DNA of 7,097 bases from a virus (taxonomy: Duplodnaviria; Heunggongvirae; Uroviricota; Caudoviricetes): the IMG/VR virus record IMGVR_UViG_2778261064_000012; one strand, written 5' to 3'. How positions within the stretch are numbered: position 1 is the stretch's first letter; each line of letters begins with the position of its first letter. A model generated the notes under the pieces. The model was not told the DNA's origin. It did no database searches and worked only from the letters and a program-made list of their open reading frames with translations. The translations under genes and the position numbers were made by a program. Shown here piece by piece: positions 1 to 6,806 of this stretch.

Positions 1-602
1 GACGACCAGAGCGTTTTGTTCTGCAGCTGGTCTGTGGTGCTGTCCGGTGTCATCCTGCGCATCCGGATATTGAACGGGCGCGGAGGCAGGTTATCCACCA
101 CCACCGAGGCCAGATACTGCGAGGTGGTTTTGCCCTTAATGGTGATGTCTTTTTCCGTCACCCAGCCACCGTTACGTTGTATCTGAACCAGCAGGCGGAC
201 TTCCGACGGATTCCTGTCCCCCTTTGAGGTGGTTTCCACCAGTGCCTGCACACCGAAGGTAAAGCGCAGACGGTCGATATTTGCAGACGTGATGGTCCGG
301 GTGATCGGCGTGTCATATTTCACTTCCGTACCCAGCACCGTCTCGGAGCCAGAGGATTCAAATCCCTCCGGCGGAGTCTGCTCCTGCTCACCTGCCCGGA
401 ACACCACCGTGACACCGGAGATGTTGGTATTCCCCTCAGTGTCCAGCACCGGCGTACTGTTCAGCAGCACGCTTTTTAATCCATCCACCGGACCTTCAAT
501 CGGCCCTTCACTGATGGCATCAATCACACTCAGCAACTGCGTTGATTTGAGATTATCCTTCGCTTCGCGCGGGGTATGCCCCTTACTGCTGCCTTTACCC
601 AT
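1..602 (-). CDS. J: Tail tip / central tail fibre protein J (host-specificity protein), N-terminal ~200 aa only; the CDS runs off the window start
   Basis: ATG at 602..600 on the minus strand, preceded by GGAG 8 nt upstream. My translation begins MGKGSSKGHTPREAKDNLKSTQLLSVIDAISEGPIEGPVDGLKSVLLNSTPVLDTEGNTNISGVTVVFRAGEQEQTPPEGFESSG..., which I recognise as essentially the lambda gpJ N-terminus. The frame stays open to position 1. It is absent from the ORF track because it has no stop inside the window. Confidence 0.9.
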   Translation of the reverse strand, partial: MGKGSSKGHTPREAKDNLKSTQLLSVIDAISEGPIEGPVDGLKSVLLNSTPVLDTEGNTNISGVTVVFRAGEQEQTPPEGFESSGSETVLGTEVKYDTPITRTITSANIDRLRFTFGVQALVETTSKGDRNPSEVRLLVQIQRNGGWVTEKDITIKGKTTSQYLASVVVDNLPPRPFNIRMRRMTPDSTTDQLQNKTLWS

Positions 603-614
603 TCGTCATGCTCC

Positions 615-644
615 ATAAACGACAAAACCGCCCGGAGGCGGTTT
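615..644 (-). terminator. Putative intrinsic terminator / attenuator or RNA-stability hairpin in the I-J intergenic region
   Basis: The minus strand reads AAACCGCC-TCCG-GGCGGTTT (perfect 8-bp stem, 4-nt loop; plus 625..644) followed by TGTCGTTTAT, a U-rich but interrupted tract. It sits in the 60-nt gap between the I stop (665..663) and the J start (602). Confidence 0.3.
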
Positions 645-662
645 CACATAAAACATTTTGCA

Positions 663-1310
663 TCAGCGACCAATCACCACAACCTGACCACCGTCCCCTT
701 CGTCTGCCGTGCTGATCTCCTGAGAAACCACCCGCGAACCCACACGCATTTCACCGTACAGAACAGGCAAAACATTGCCCTGAGCAACCATGTTATCCAG
801 TGAGGAGAAATAGGTGTTCTGTTTGCCGTTATCTGTACTGGCTGCCGTGGACGTCCTGGCTTTCGGTGCCAGCATCTGCGCCACACCGCCCAGGATCATA
901 CTGGCCCCTGCCGCATACATGCCCGATACAGCCGCGGCACCCAGCCAGCCCACAGGGTTCCACCATGCCACCGCAATCAACGCCGCCCCCAGCACCACCT
1001 GAAATACACCGCCACTTTTAGCTCCCGCCAGACGCGGCACGATATGGATCACGGCACCATTTTCCAGCGGCTCATTAAGACGGGCAGATAATTCGGTTTC
1101 ACCTGCATCACGCCCGGCAATGCGCACCTGATACCAGCCCTCATTCAGTTTCTGGCGAAACGACGGAAGCTGCGTGGCCAGCGCCCGGATGGCTTCGGCC
1201 CCCGTTTTCACACGAAGGTCGATGCGGCGGCCAAATCGTTGTAAATCCCCGTAAAGGCAGATGCGTGCCATGCCCGGTGACGCCAGAGGGAGTGTGTGCG
1301 TCGCTGCCAT
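663..1310 (-). CDS. I: Tail assembly protein I (215 aa)
   Basis: ORF with ATG at 1310..1308 and TGA at 665..663. The translation MAATHTLPLASPGMARICLYGDLQRFGRRIDLRVKTGAEAIRALATQLP... and the C-terminus ...DNGKQNTYFSSLDNMVAQGNVLPVLYGEMRVGSRVVSQEISTADEGDGGQVVVIGR match lambda gpI as I recall it. It has the same 103-nt out-of-frame overlap with K as in lambda. Confidence 0.85.
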   Translation of the reverse strand: MAATHTLPLASPGMARICLYGDLQRFGRRIDLRVKTGAEAIRALATQLPSFRQKLNEGWYQVRIAGRDAGETELSARLNEPLENGAVIHIVPRLAGAKSGGVFQVVLGAALIAVAWWNPVGWLGAAAVSGMYAAGASMILGGVAQMLAPKARTSTAASTDNGKQNTYFSSLDNMVAQGNVLPVLYGEMRVGSRVVSQEISTADEGDGGQVVVIGR

Positions 1311-1951
1311 TTGTCGGTATACCTCTCTCGTTTGCTCAGTTGTTCAGGAATATGGTGCAACAGCTCGCCGTCGCCGCAGTAAATGGCGGCATGATTCGGC
1401 ACCGATGAACCAAAACAGCACAGCAGCACATCGCCCGGCTGCGCCGCTGACAACGGCACCTGATACAGCCCTGTGGCCTCCAGATTATCCAGATAGAGAT
1501 TCTGACCGTTACGCCACCAGTCATCCTCGCGATGAAAATCCGGCATCTCAATCCCCGCCAGATGGTAAGCGTCCCGGAACAGCGTGTAACAGTCCGTCAC
1601 CCCGTGCTCAAAGCGCCGCCCGGTGAGATGCGGCACACAGCGGAACTTATGAATCGCCCCCCGGCAGACCAGCCACCACGGCAAATCACTCTGCACCTGC
1701 AGTCGCCGGTCGGCCTCACTCAGCCAGGGCAGACCACCGGGGTGGCTGTGCACCAGCGCCACAATCTCACCCTGCATTTCTGCCCGCAGCCAGTCCTCCG
1801 GCGACATCCGGAAATAATCCTCCGGCTCACCGGAGATATTCACGCAGGGAAAATATCTTTCCCCTTCCGGCGTTCTCACCACGAAGCCGCACGACTCCGC
1901 TGGCGCACATCGCCGGGCGTGCGCCAGAATCGCTGATTCTGTCTGTGTCAT
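1208..1951 (-). CDS. K: Tail assembly protein K (247 aa) with an N-terminal JAMM/MPN metallopeptidase-like domain and a C-terminal NlpC/P60-like domain
   Basis: ATG at 1951..1949, five nt after the L stop (TAA 1959..1957). The translation MTQTESAILAHARRCAPAESCGFVV... contains an exact JAMM signature H-S-H-x7-S-x2-D (VHSHPGGLPWLSEAD) preceded by a Glu-containing segment (PEGE), and a Cys/His-containing C-terminal half (VTDCYTLF ... HAAIYCGDGELLHH) consistent with NlpC/P60. Order and sequence match lambda gpK. Confidence 0.85.
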   Translation of the reverse strand: MTQTESAILAHARRCAPAESCGFVVRTPEGERYFPCVNISGEPEDYFRMSPEDWLRAEMQGEIVALVHSHPGGLPWLSEADRRLQVQSDLPWWLVCRGAIHKFRCVPHLTGRRFEHGVTDCYTLFRDAYHLAGIEMPDFHREDDWWRNGQNLYLDNLEATGLYQVPLSAAQPGDVLLCCFGSSVPNHAAIYCGDGELLHHIPEQLSKRERYTDKWQRRTHSLWRHRAWHASAFTGIYNDLAAASTFV

Positions 1952-1956
1952 GGGAT

Positions 1957-2655
1957 TTACTGCGAAAGTTTGTTAATGGAAAGGAAGCCGCCAAAGTTGC
2001 CGACATTATTGCGAAACTTACAGCCACTCAGGCATTTGCTGCATTTATCCTTAGTGATATCGGACGTCGGCTGGTCATATTCATCCGCGACCGCCGGACC
2101 GTTATAACCGCACTCATCACCGCGATAGGTCCAGGTGCAGGTATTAGCCAGCATGATGCGCCCCGGAAAAACGGCACCATCCGTTTCCGTCGGTGTGGAC
2201 AGTACAAAAGAGGCACTGACCGCGCTCAGTTCGCTGCACTGCTCGATGCGCCAGCGGCTGATCACCTCCTGCTCCGGATCGGCTTCGCTGTTTCCGTTGA
2301 CGAAGTTCACCGCATCCAGAAAACGGGCGTAAACCTTACGCCTGACCACCGTTCCACGGACCAGACTCTGCAGGTCTTCCGCCATCCCGGTGACCATGCC
2401 GTGCAGGTTAGAAACCGTCAGTGTCGGACGGGCAGCACTGCCCTTGCCGTTCAGTTCAAATCCCGTCCCCTGAATGGGGTATGCCTGATACTGACGCCCC
2501 TGCCAGGTAACCGGCTCACCTTTTTCGTTCTGCTCATTACAGAAAAAATAACGTTCACCACCGACCTCTGTCAGATCAATTTCCCAAAGCACCACCTGGG
2601 CTGACTGACTGAGGCGTGTCGTCTCATGATGTGTTTCCTGTGGAATATCCTGCAC
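1957..2655 (-). CDS. L: Minor tail protein L (232 aa), with a C-terminal cysteine cluster
   Basis: ORF starting at GTG 2655..2653 (the track shows it as M), with AGGAGG at 2666..2661 giving 5-nt spacing. The translation MQDIPQETHHETTRLSQSAQVVLWEIDLTEVGGERYFFCNEQNEKGEPVTWQGRQYQ... looks nearly identical to lambda gpL from memory. The C-terminus carries five cysteines (CTWTYRGDEC ... DKCSKCLSGC). Confidence 0.9.
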   Translation of the reverse strand: MQDIPQETHHETTRLSQSAQVVLWEIDLTEVGGERYFFCNEQNEKGEPVTWQGRQYQAYPIQGTGFELNGKGSAARPTLTVSNLHGMVTGMAEDLQSLVRGTVVRRKVYARFLDAVNFVNGNSEADPEQEVISRWRIEQCSELSAVSASFVLSTPTETDGAVFPGRIMLANTCTWTYRGDECGYNGPAVADEYDQPTSDITKDKCSKCLSGCKFRNNVGNFGGFLSINKLSQ

Positions 2656-2664
2656 CAGAGCCTC

Positions 2665-2994
2665 CTATGCCACGACCTGTTCAAAATCTGCCGTTATGGT
2701 TACCCACAGCGCCCCCACGCTTGCCGACCATTTACGACAAACCACCCTAATCGGTTTCCAGTCATAAGGTGGCGTCCACTGAAATGCGCGGACGCCACCG
2801 TGCCGTTCCAGAAAGGCTTTTAAAGATGGGTGTTCACATTTACGAACACGTATCGTCACGCTGTAAATCGACAACTGGTTATTCAGTCCCGCCGCACGAC
2901 GCTGTTCATAACCATCGCCCAGCTTCACTGTCACCACTTTCGGCTCTGATACCACATTCATATCCGGGCGCACTTTCCAGTGAAACGTCTCCAT
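2665..2994 (-). CDS. M: Minor tail protein M (109 aa)
   Basis: ATG at 2994..2992 overlaps the H stop (TAA 2996..2994) as TAATG. The translation METFHWKVRPDMNVVSEPKVVTVKLGDGYEQRRAAGLN...FLERHGGVRAFQWTPPYDWKPIRVVCRKWS...ADFEQVVA resembles lambda gpM (M..F.WKV.P...GDGY.QR...GLN ... EFEQVV) but is clearly more divergent than L/K/I/J. Confidence 0.85.
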   Translation of the reverse strand: METFHWKVRPDMNVVSEPKVVTVKLGDGYEQRRAAGLNNQLSIYSVTIRVRKCEHPSLKAFLERHGGVRAFQWTPPYDWKPIRVVCRKWSASVGALWVTITADFEQVVA

Positions 2995-5900
2995 TACCGA
3001 TATGCTCCACTTAACCGACCACCATCACGGGCCTGCTGTTGCATAAAGTCCGCTGCCGCTTTTTTCCCAAGGTCATAAACCACCTTCAGGGCAGCCGGAC
3101 CTATCTGCCCGTTCGTGCCATCGTTATTGATCTCGATGTTGTACTGCGGGGCAAACATCGCCATACCTGAACCACCAATATCCGCCACAACCCCCAGCTT
3201 ACCGTCAGCACCACGACGCAGTGGCAGAATGGCTTCAGGTCCAGCTTCCCCCATCACACCCGCGCCTTTTGCAAAAGCAAAAAACGTCGGACGGTTAACC
3301 ACCGTGCCACTGTAGCGACTCAAATCAGCCGACTGATAAACACCGCCATCAGCATTGGCTACAAAATCAAAAGGCAGCGCGGAAGCAATGCCTTTTACCG
3401 CTTTCATTAAAGCTATCTGAGCCATGATTCTGGACATATCTGACAGCACAGAAGAGGTGAAGGATTTGAAATTGAGTTTGCCTGTAGTACAGAATGTCGC
3501 CAGCCAGTCACTCATGCTACTGAACGCAGACGTGAACAACTGTTCCACTGTCCCGGCTGTGTTATCCGCTTTCTCAGTGACATTCTGGAGTGCACGCAGG
3601 ACTCCGTTTTTCCAGTCACCCTGAGCAATTTCAAGCTGTTGCCAATAACGGCGATTCTCATTCAGTTGTCGGTTCAGGCTCTCCGTCAGCGCCTGCTCGG
3701 CCTTTCTGTAGTCATCCGTGTTATATGTCCCTTTCTGCTCACTATCCCGCCTCAACTGCTCCAGCTGTTGCTGGTATTTCTGGCGAAGACTCAGTTGTAC
3801 CTGATATCGCTGCCTCTGCTGATCACCCATACCCACCGTGGCGATATCCAGGTCATGTTGCTGACGCTGAGCGCGCTCTTCTTCAGCCAGTTGACTGGTC
3901 AGCTGAATTGTTTTTTTCTTCAGCTCGTTGAGTGCCGTCTGTTTCTGAAGCTCCTGCTGTTTTACATCCAGCAGCGTCAGTGCCTGAATCAGTTCATCTT
4001 TACGGGCCAGCACACTCTTTTCATCTGCCGTCAGTTTTTTCCCGTCCAGGTCGCTGATGCGCTGCTGCAGAGCCAGAAGCTGTTTATGCGCTTCTGTCAT
4101 CTTTTCAGTGGCAATGCCTGCTGACTGTCTTGCAGCAGCAATCTGCCCTTCCACCTGTGCCTGTTGCTGACTGTACTGCAGCAATAACCGGGTGGCCTCA
4201 TCATTACGGGTTTCGCGTGTTTTTTTCTTACCGGATGCCAGGGCTTTCTCGTAACGTTCATTTTCACGTTGTATCGCCGCATCCCTGACAGCCTGGTCGG
4301 CGTACTGCATGGCATTAATACGCGCAATTTCACGCTGATGTCGTGCTGCTTCCGTTTCATTCATCCGGTTCAGTGCAGCATTTTCAGCATTACGTCGTTT
4401 CTGTTGCTCCTGATAATTCCGCTCTGCCTGCTCTTTTGCATCCTGCAAATCCTTCTGGCGTTTTTTCTCCTGAAGATCGTTAAGACGCTGCTGATCGTAT
4501 TCAACCTGAGAAGATGATGCCGTCCAGGGGAGTCTTTTCGCCCGCGACACTTTCTCCTGTAAAGTGACAATCTGTTCATCCAGCGAGTCTTCACGACCAA
4601 TATTCATGGCCGCATCCCAGAAACGACTCCATAAATCAGACAGATACTTCAGCGTACTACCAAGCGCATTGAGGTTATTATCAATATCCGCAGTACGCCG
4701 ACCGGTTTCCTCTGCCAGTGCAGACATGGCTATCCGTGCAGCATCACTGGACCGTCCCTGCTCCCCAAGGACGCGTATCTGCTCAAGCTGAGTGGCAGTA
4801 AGAAAATGCAGCTCATTGTCCAGAGCCTTCGCGGCATTTACAGGATCATCCTTCAGCCGCTTAAACTGATTTATGGTATCGCTGACCGACTGGCCAACCG
4901 ATCGCTCCATCTGTGCGGCAGCTCTCGCCACCATACCGATATCGTTTCCACGAAATGCACCACTACCCACCACCTGAGCCAGCGCACCGGCTGCAGCATG
5001 TTGCGTGATACCATTCCCGGAAATAGCACGACTGAGCGTCCACAGCTGCCCGGCAGTGACTCCGGCATAATGCCCCGTCAGCGACAGCTGGCGGTTAAAT
5101 TCTTCCCCCTCCTTCTGACCGTCATACCAGGCTTTACCCAGACCATAGACAGCCGCGGCAATACCGCTAATAACCCCGCCAAGCATCATGCCTTTCGGTG
5201 ACATCAGTGTGTCTATCCACCCGGCACGGTTAGCCAGCGTTATCCCGGATCCCCTCAGCGCACCTAAATTGCCGCGGGCCAGTTCACCTATCAGAACGCC
5301 TATCTCCTGGCGGGCCGCTGCACTTTTCAGCCCCAGCGAATGCGTGGCTTTTCCTGCCTGCTCCATTTTGCGGATATACACTTCTGCAGCACTGCTTACC
5401 CCCAGCTGGGCAGCCTTAGCACGAAGCAACTCAGAAGAAGAAAGATTCTGGCGGGTTGCCTGCTCTTTAAGCTGACGGATAAACGCCACTTTCTGTCGGG
5501 TAGCCTCTTCCTCAGCCTGTGTAAGAACACGGGTTTTCGCCGTAACCTCAGAAATCAGCGCCAGATAATCCTGCTGACCAATCCCGCCACTGTTTCTGGC
5601 CTGTCGGATCTGCTGCTGAATACGCTGTAATTCCTGCAGACCCGCACTGGCCTGTTTCACACTGTCAATCTGACGATAAAACGCAGCAGCCGCTTTATCC
5701 TGAGCCTCCGCCAGAGCCATGGCCTGCGCCTGTTCCTCGCGCATTTTCTGGCTCAGCGCCTCCATGCGCTGGCGGGTTTTCTCCACCTCGCGGGCCATGC
5801 GTTCATGAGCCTGTGCGTTCTTCTCCACCGTCTGCGCATGGACGGATGCGGCTGTTGCAGCCGAAGACGCCGCCTGCGTTGTCTGCCGGGCGGCCTGAGT

Positions 5901-6050
5901 CTGACGCTCCATAAAACGCTGCATACGGGCAGAAGACCGTTCTGCATCGCTGGCTGCACCATTCAGAAGGTTTTTGATACGGGGGATTTCATTTTTAAAC
6001 TCTGCCGCATCAATCCCCAAATCAATGACCAGGTTGGCTATCTGGTCCAT
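2994..6050 (-). CDS. H: Tail length tape measure protein (1018 aa from the ATG at 6050)
   Basis: Single long minus-strand ORF. I place the start at ATG 6050..6048 (MDQIANLVIDLGIDAAEF..., aligning with the lambda gpH N-terminus MAEPVGDLVVDLSLDAARF), with GGAGG 8 nt upstream. The track's 1028-aa version begins at a TTG at 6080 inside T. It has long Ala/Gln/Glu/Arg-rich coiled-coil-like stretches, a hydrophobic Gly/Ala-rich segment (GMMLGGVISGIAAAVYGLGKAWY), and a lambda-type C-terminus (NNDGTNGQIGPAALKVVYDLGKK...RDGG). Confidence 0.9.
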   Translation of the reverse strand: MDQIANLVIDLGIDAAEFKNEIPRIKNLLNGAASDAERSSARMQRFMERQTQAARQTTQAASSAATAASVHAQTVEKNAQAHERMAREVEKTRQRMEALSQKMREEQAQAMALAEAQDKAAAAFYRQIDSVKQASAGLQELQRIQQQIRQARNSGGIGQQDYLALISEVTAKTRVLTQAEEEATRQKVAFIRQLKEQATRQNLSSSELLRAKAAQLGVSSAAEVYIRKMEQAGKATHSLGLKSAAARQEIGVLIGELARGNLGALRGSGITLANRAGWIDTLMSPKGMMLGGVISGIAAAVYGLGKAWYDGQKEGEEFNRQLSLTGHYAGVTAGQLWTLSRAISGNGITQHAAAGALAQVVGSGAFRGNDIGMVARAAAQMERSVGQSVSDTINQFKRLKDDPVNAAKALDNELHFLTATQLEQIRVLGEQGRSSDAARIAMSALAEETGRRTADIDNNLNALGSTLKYLSDLWSRFWDAAMNIGREDSLDEQIVTLQEKVSRAKRLPWTASSSQVEYDQQRLNDLQEKKRQKDLQDAKEQAERNYQEQQKRRNAENAALNRMNETEAARHQREIARINAMQYADQAVRDAAIQRENERYEKALASGKKKTRETRNDEATRLLLQYSQQQAQVEGQIAAARQSAGIATEKMTEAHKQLLALQQRISDLDGKKLTADEKSVLARKDELIQALTLLDVKQQELQKQTALNELKKKTIQLTSQLAEEERAQRQQHDLDIATVGMGDQQRQRYQVQLSLRQKYQQQLEQLRRDSEQKGTYNTDDYRKAEQALTESLNRQLNENRRYWQQLEIAQGDWKNGVLRALQNVTEKADNTAGTVEQLFTSAFSSMSDWLATFCTTGKLNFKSFTSSVLSDMSRIMAQIALMKAVKGIASALPFDFVANADGGVYQSADLSRYSGTVVNRPTFFAFAKGAGVMGEAGPEAILPLRRGADGKLGVVADIGGSGMAMFAPQYNIEINNDGTNGQIGPAALKVVYDLGKKAAADFMQQQARDGGRLSGAYR

Positions 6051-6372
6051 AACGCACACCTCCGGAAATACCTTCCCCAAGATGCATCAGTTCTTCGTCC
6101 GTTCGCTCCGGTATCCCGTTCTCTTCCGGTAAAAGGCTGAAATCAGCCACCGCAGCATCACTGCTGCCGGACACCATTCTCACGATCAATGCCTTCAGCG
6201 AGGCAAACTGCGCATCCATCCACACATCACTGAAGCTCTGCATCCGGAAATAATCGCCCCACTCACCAAGCTCAGTGGCCGACATTTCCGACAGCATCCG
6301 CCGCCAGTCTGCCCGCCGGAACTCCCGGGCAAGCCGCATGACAAACTGCATTTCCCGCGTCAGGACTTTTCC
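6022..6372 (-). CDS. T: Tail assembly chaperone T-frame segment, expected to be made only as a G-T fusion by -1 programmed ribosomal frameshift
   Basis: An ORF in the -1 frame relative to G, open from the T-frame stop at 6387..6385 through to TGA 6024..6022. It overlaps the last 8 codons of G and the first 29 nt of H. Position between G and H matches lambda T. The track lists only the part from an internal ATG (6351). The start coordinate is given at the putative slip site. Confidence 0.7.
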   Translation of the reverse strand, partial: GKVLTREMQFVMRLAREFRRADWRRMLSEMSATELGEWGDYFRMQSFSDVWMDAQFASLKALIVRMVSGSSDAAVADFSLLPEENGIPERTDEELMHLGEGISGGVRYGPDSQPGH

Positions 6373-6746
6373 GGCGTCAGCGCCTCATGCTCATCATCCC
6401 CGGCATTATCAATGGCCCCCATACCGCTCAGCGACAGAACCATCTCCGCCCCCGCACCCAGGGCATCATACGACCATGTTGTAATAACGGATGCGCAAAG
6501 CGTCTCTACATCCTTAGACTGATCCGCATTCCACAGTGAGCGGGAAACCAGCCAGGCATTGATATCCATCCCCATCCGCAGAAAAGCAATCTGTCGTTCA
6601 GCCTCCGGCAGTTCTCCCTCACCGGCATCAAACTTTGCCGTTCGCTGCTGAACAAACGCCAGATATTCAATTCTCTGCAGCCCGGACAGCTCACTGAGCA
6701 CCACGGACTGTTTTTCATAATTAAACGTGCCCTGTTTCAGAAACAT
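6360..6746 (-). CDS. G: Tail assembly chaperone G (128 aa from the ATG at 6746; a tandem ATG at 6749 is also possible)
   Basis: ORF ending at TGA 6362..6360. Two adjacent ATGs at 6749 and 6746 follow GGTGGAG; the second gives better SD spacing (6 nt) and the product MFLKQGTFNYEKQSVVLSELSGLQRIEYLAFVQ..., like the lambda gpG start MFLK. The track's longer version starts at a TTG (6788) that lies inside the upstream hairpin. Confidence 0.8.
   Translation of the reverse strand: MFLKQGTFNYEKQSVVLSELSGLQRIEYLAFVQQRTAKFDAGEGELPEAERQIAFLRMGMDINAWLVSRSLWNADQSKDVETLCASVITTWSYDALGAGAEMVLSLSGMGAIDNAGDDEHEALTPEKS
6366..6372 (-). other. Putative -1 programmed ribosomal frameshift (slippery) site for G-T fusion
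   Basis: The minus strand reads CTG ACG CCG GAA AAG TCC TGA in the G frame. The heptamer G-GAA-AAG (GGAAAAG) lies inside the only 22-nt window where the G and T frames are both open. Lambda uses G-GGA-AAG at the equivalent position. Confidence 0.6.
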
Positions 6747-6762
6747 CATGTTCTCCACCTGC

Positions 6763-6786
6763 AAAAAAGCCCCGGATAACCGGGGC
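6763..6786 (-). terminator. Rho-independent terminator-like hairpin between V and G
   Basis: The minus strand reads GCCCCGG-TTAT-CCGGGGC (perfect 7-bp GC-rich stem, 4-nt loop; plus 6769..6786) immediately followed by TTTTTT (plus A-run 6763..6768). It lies in the 60-nt V-G intergenic gap, and the G ribosome-binding site follows directly. Confidence 0.45.
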
Positions 6787-6806
6787 AAATGATGAGTATC
6801 GTCCTG

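Noticed and set aside
229-618. 129-aa plus-strand ORF antisense to the J N-terminus
   Set aside because: It overlaps the highly conserved J start region on the opposite strand, with no supporting start context. It is most likely spurious.
1532-1936. 134-aa plus-strand ORF antisense to K
   Set aside because: Same reasoning as the other antisense ORFs: it sits within a conserved, tightly packed operon and has no features of a real gene.
1945-2604. 219-aa plus-strand ORF almost exactly antisense to L
   Set aside because: It lies entirely opposite a strongly conserved tail gene, has no recognisable motifs and no RBS context I can support. Long antisense ORFs are expected by chance in GC-rich coding DNA.
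3639-4124. 161-aa plus-strand Leu-rich ORF antisense to the tape measure coiled-coil region
   Set aside because: This is the typical mirror image of a Glu/Gln/Lys/Ala-rich coiled-coil coding sequence. Its composition is low-complexity and there is no independent signal.
6051-6080. TTG-initiated 10-codon N-terminal extension of H given in the ORF track (MGKVFPEVCV...)
   Set aside because: The codon at 6080..6078 is TTG. The ATG at 6050 has a GGAGG at proper spacing and yields an N-terminus that aligns with lambda gpH. The extension lies within the T coding frame.
6506-6718. 70-aa minus-strand ORF inside G in another frame, and the similar alternative-frame ORF at 674..886 inside I
   Set aside because: Both are fully embedded in better-supported genes in a different frame, with no independent evidence.
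6750-6788. TTG-initiated N-terminal extension of G given in the ORF track (MPRLSGAFLQVEN...)
   Set aside because: The codon at 6788..6786 is TTG and the extension is encoded by the terminator-like hairpin and U-tract. The tandem ATGs at 6749/6746 follow a GGTGGAG RBS.
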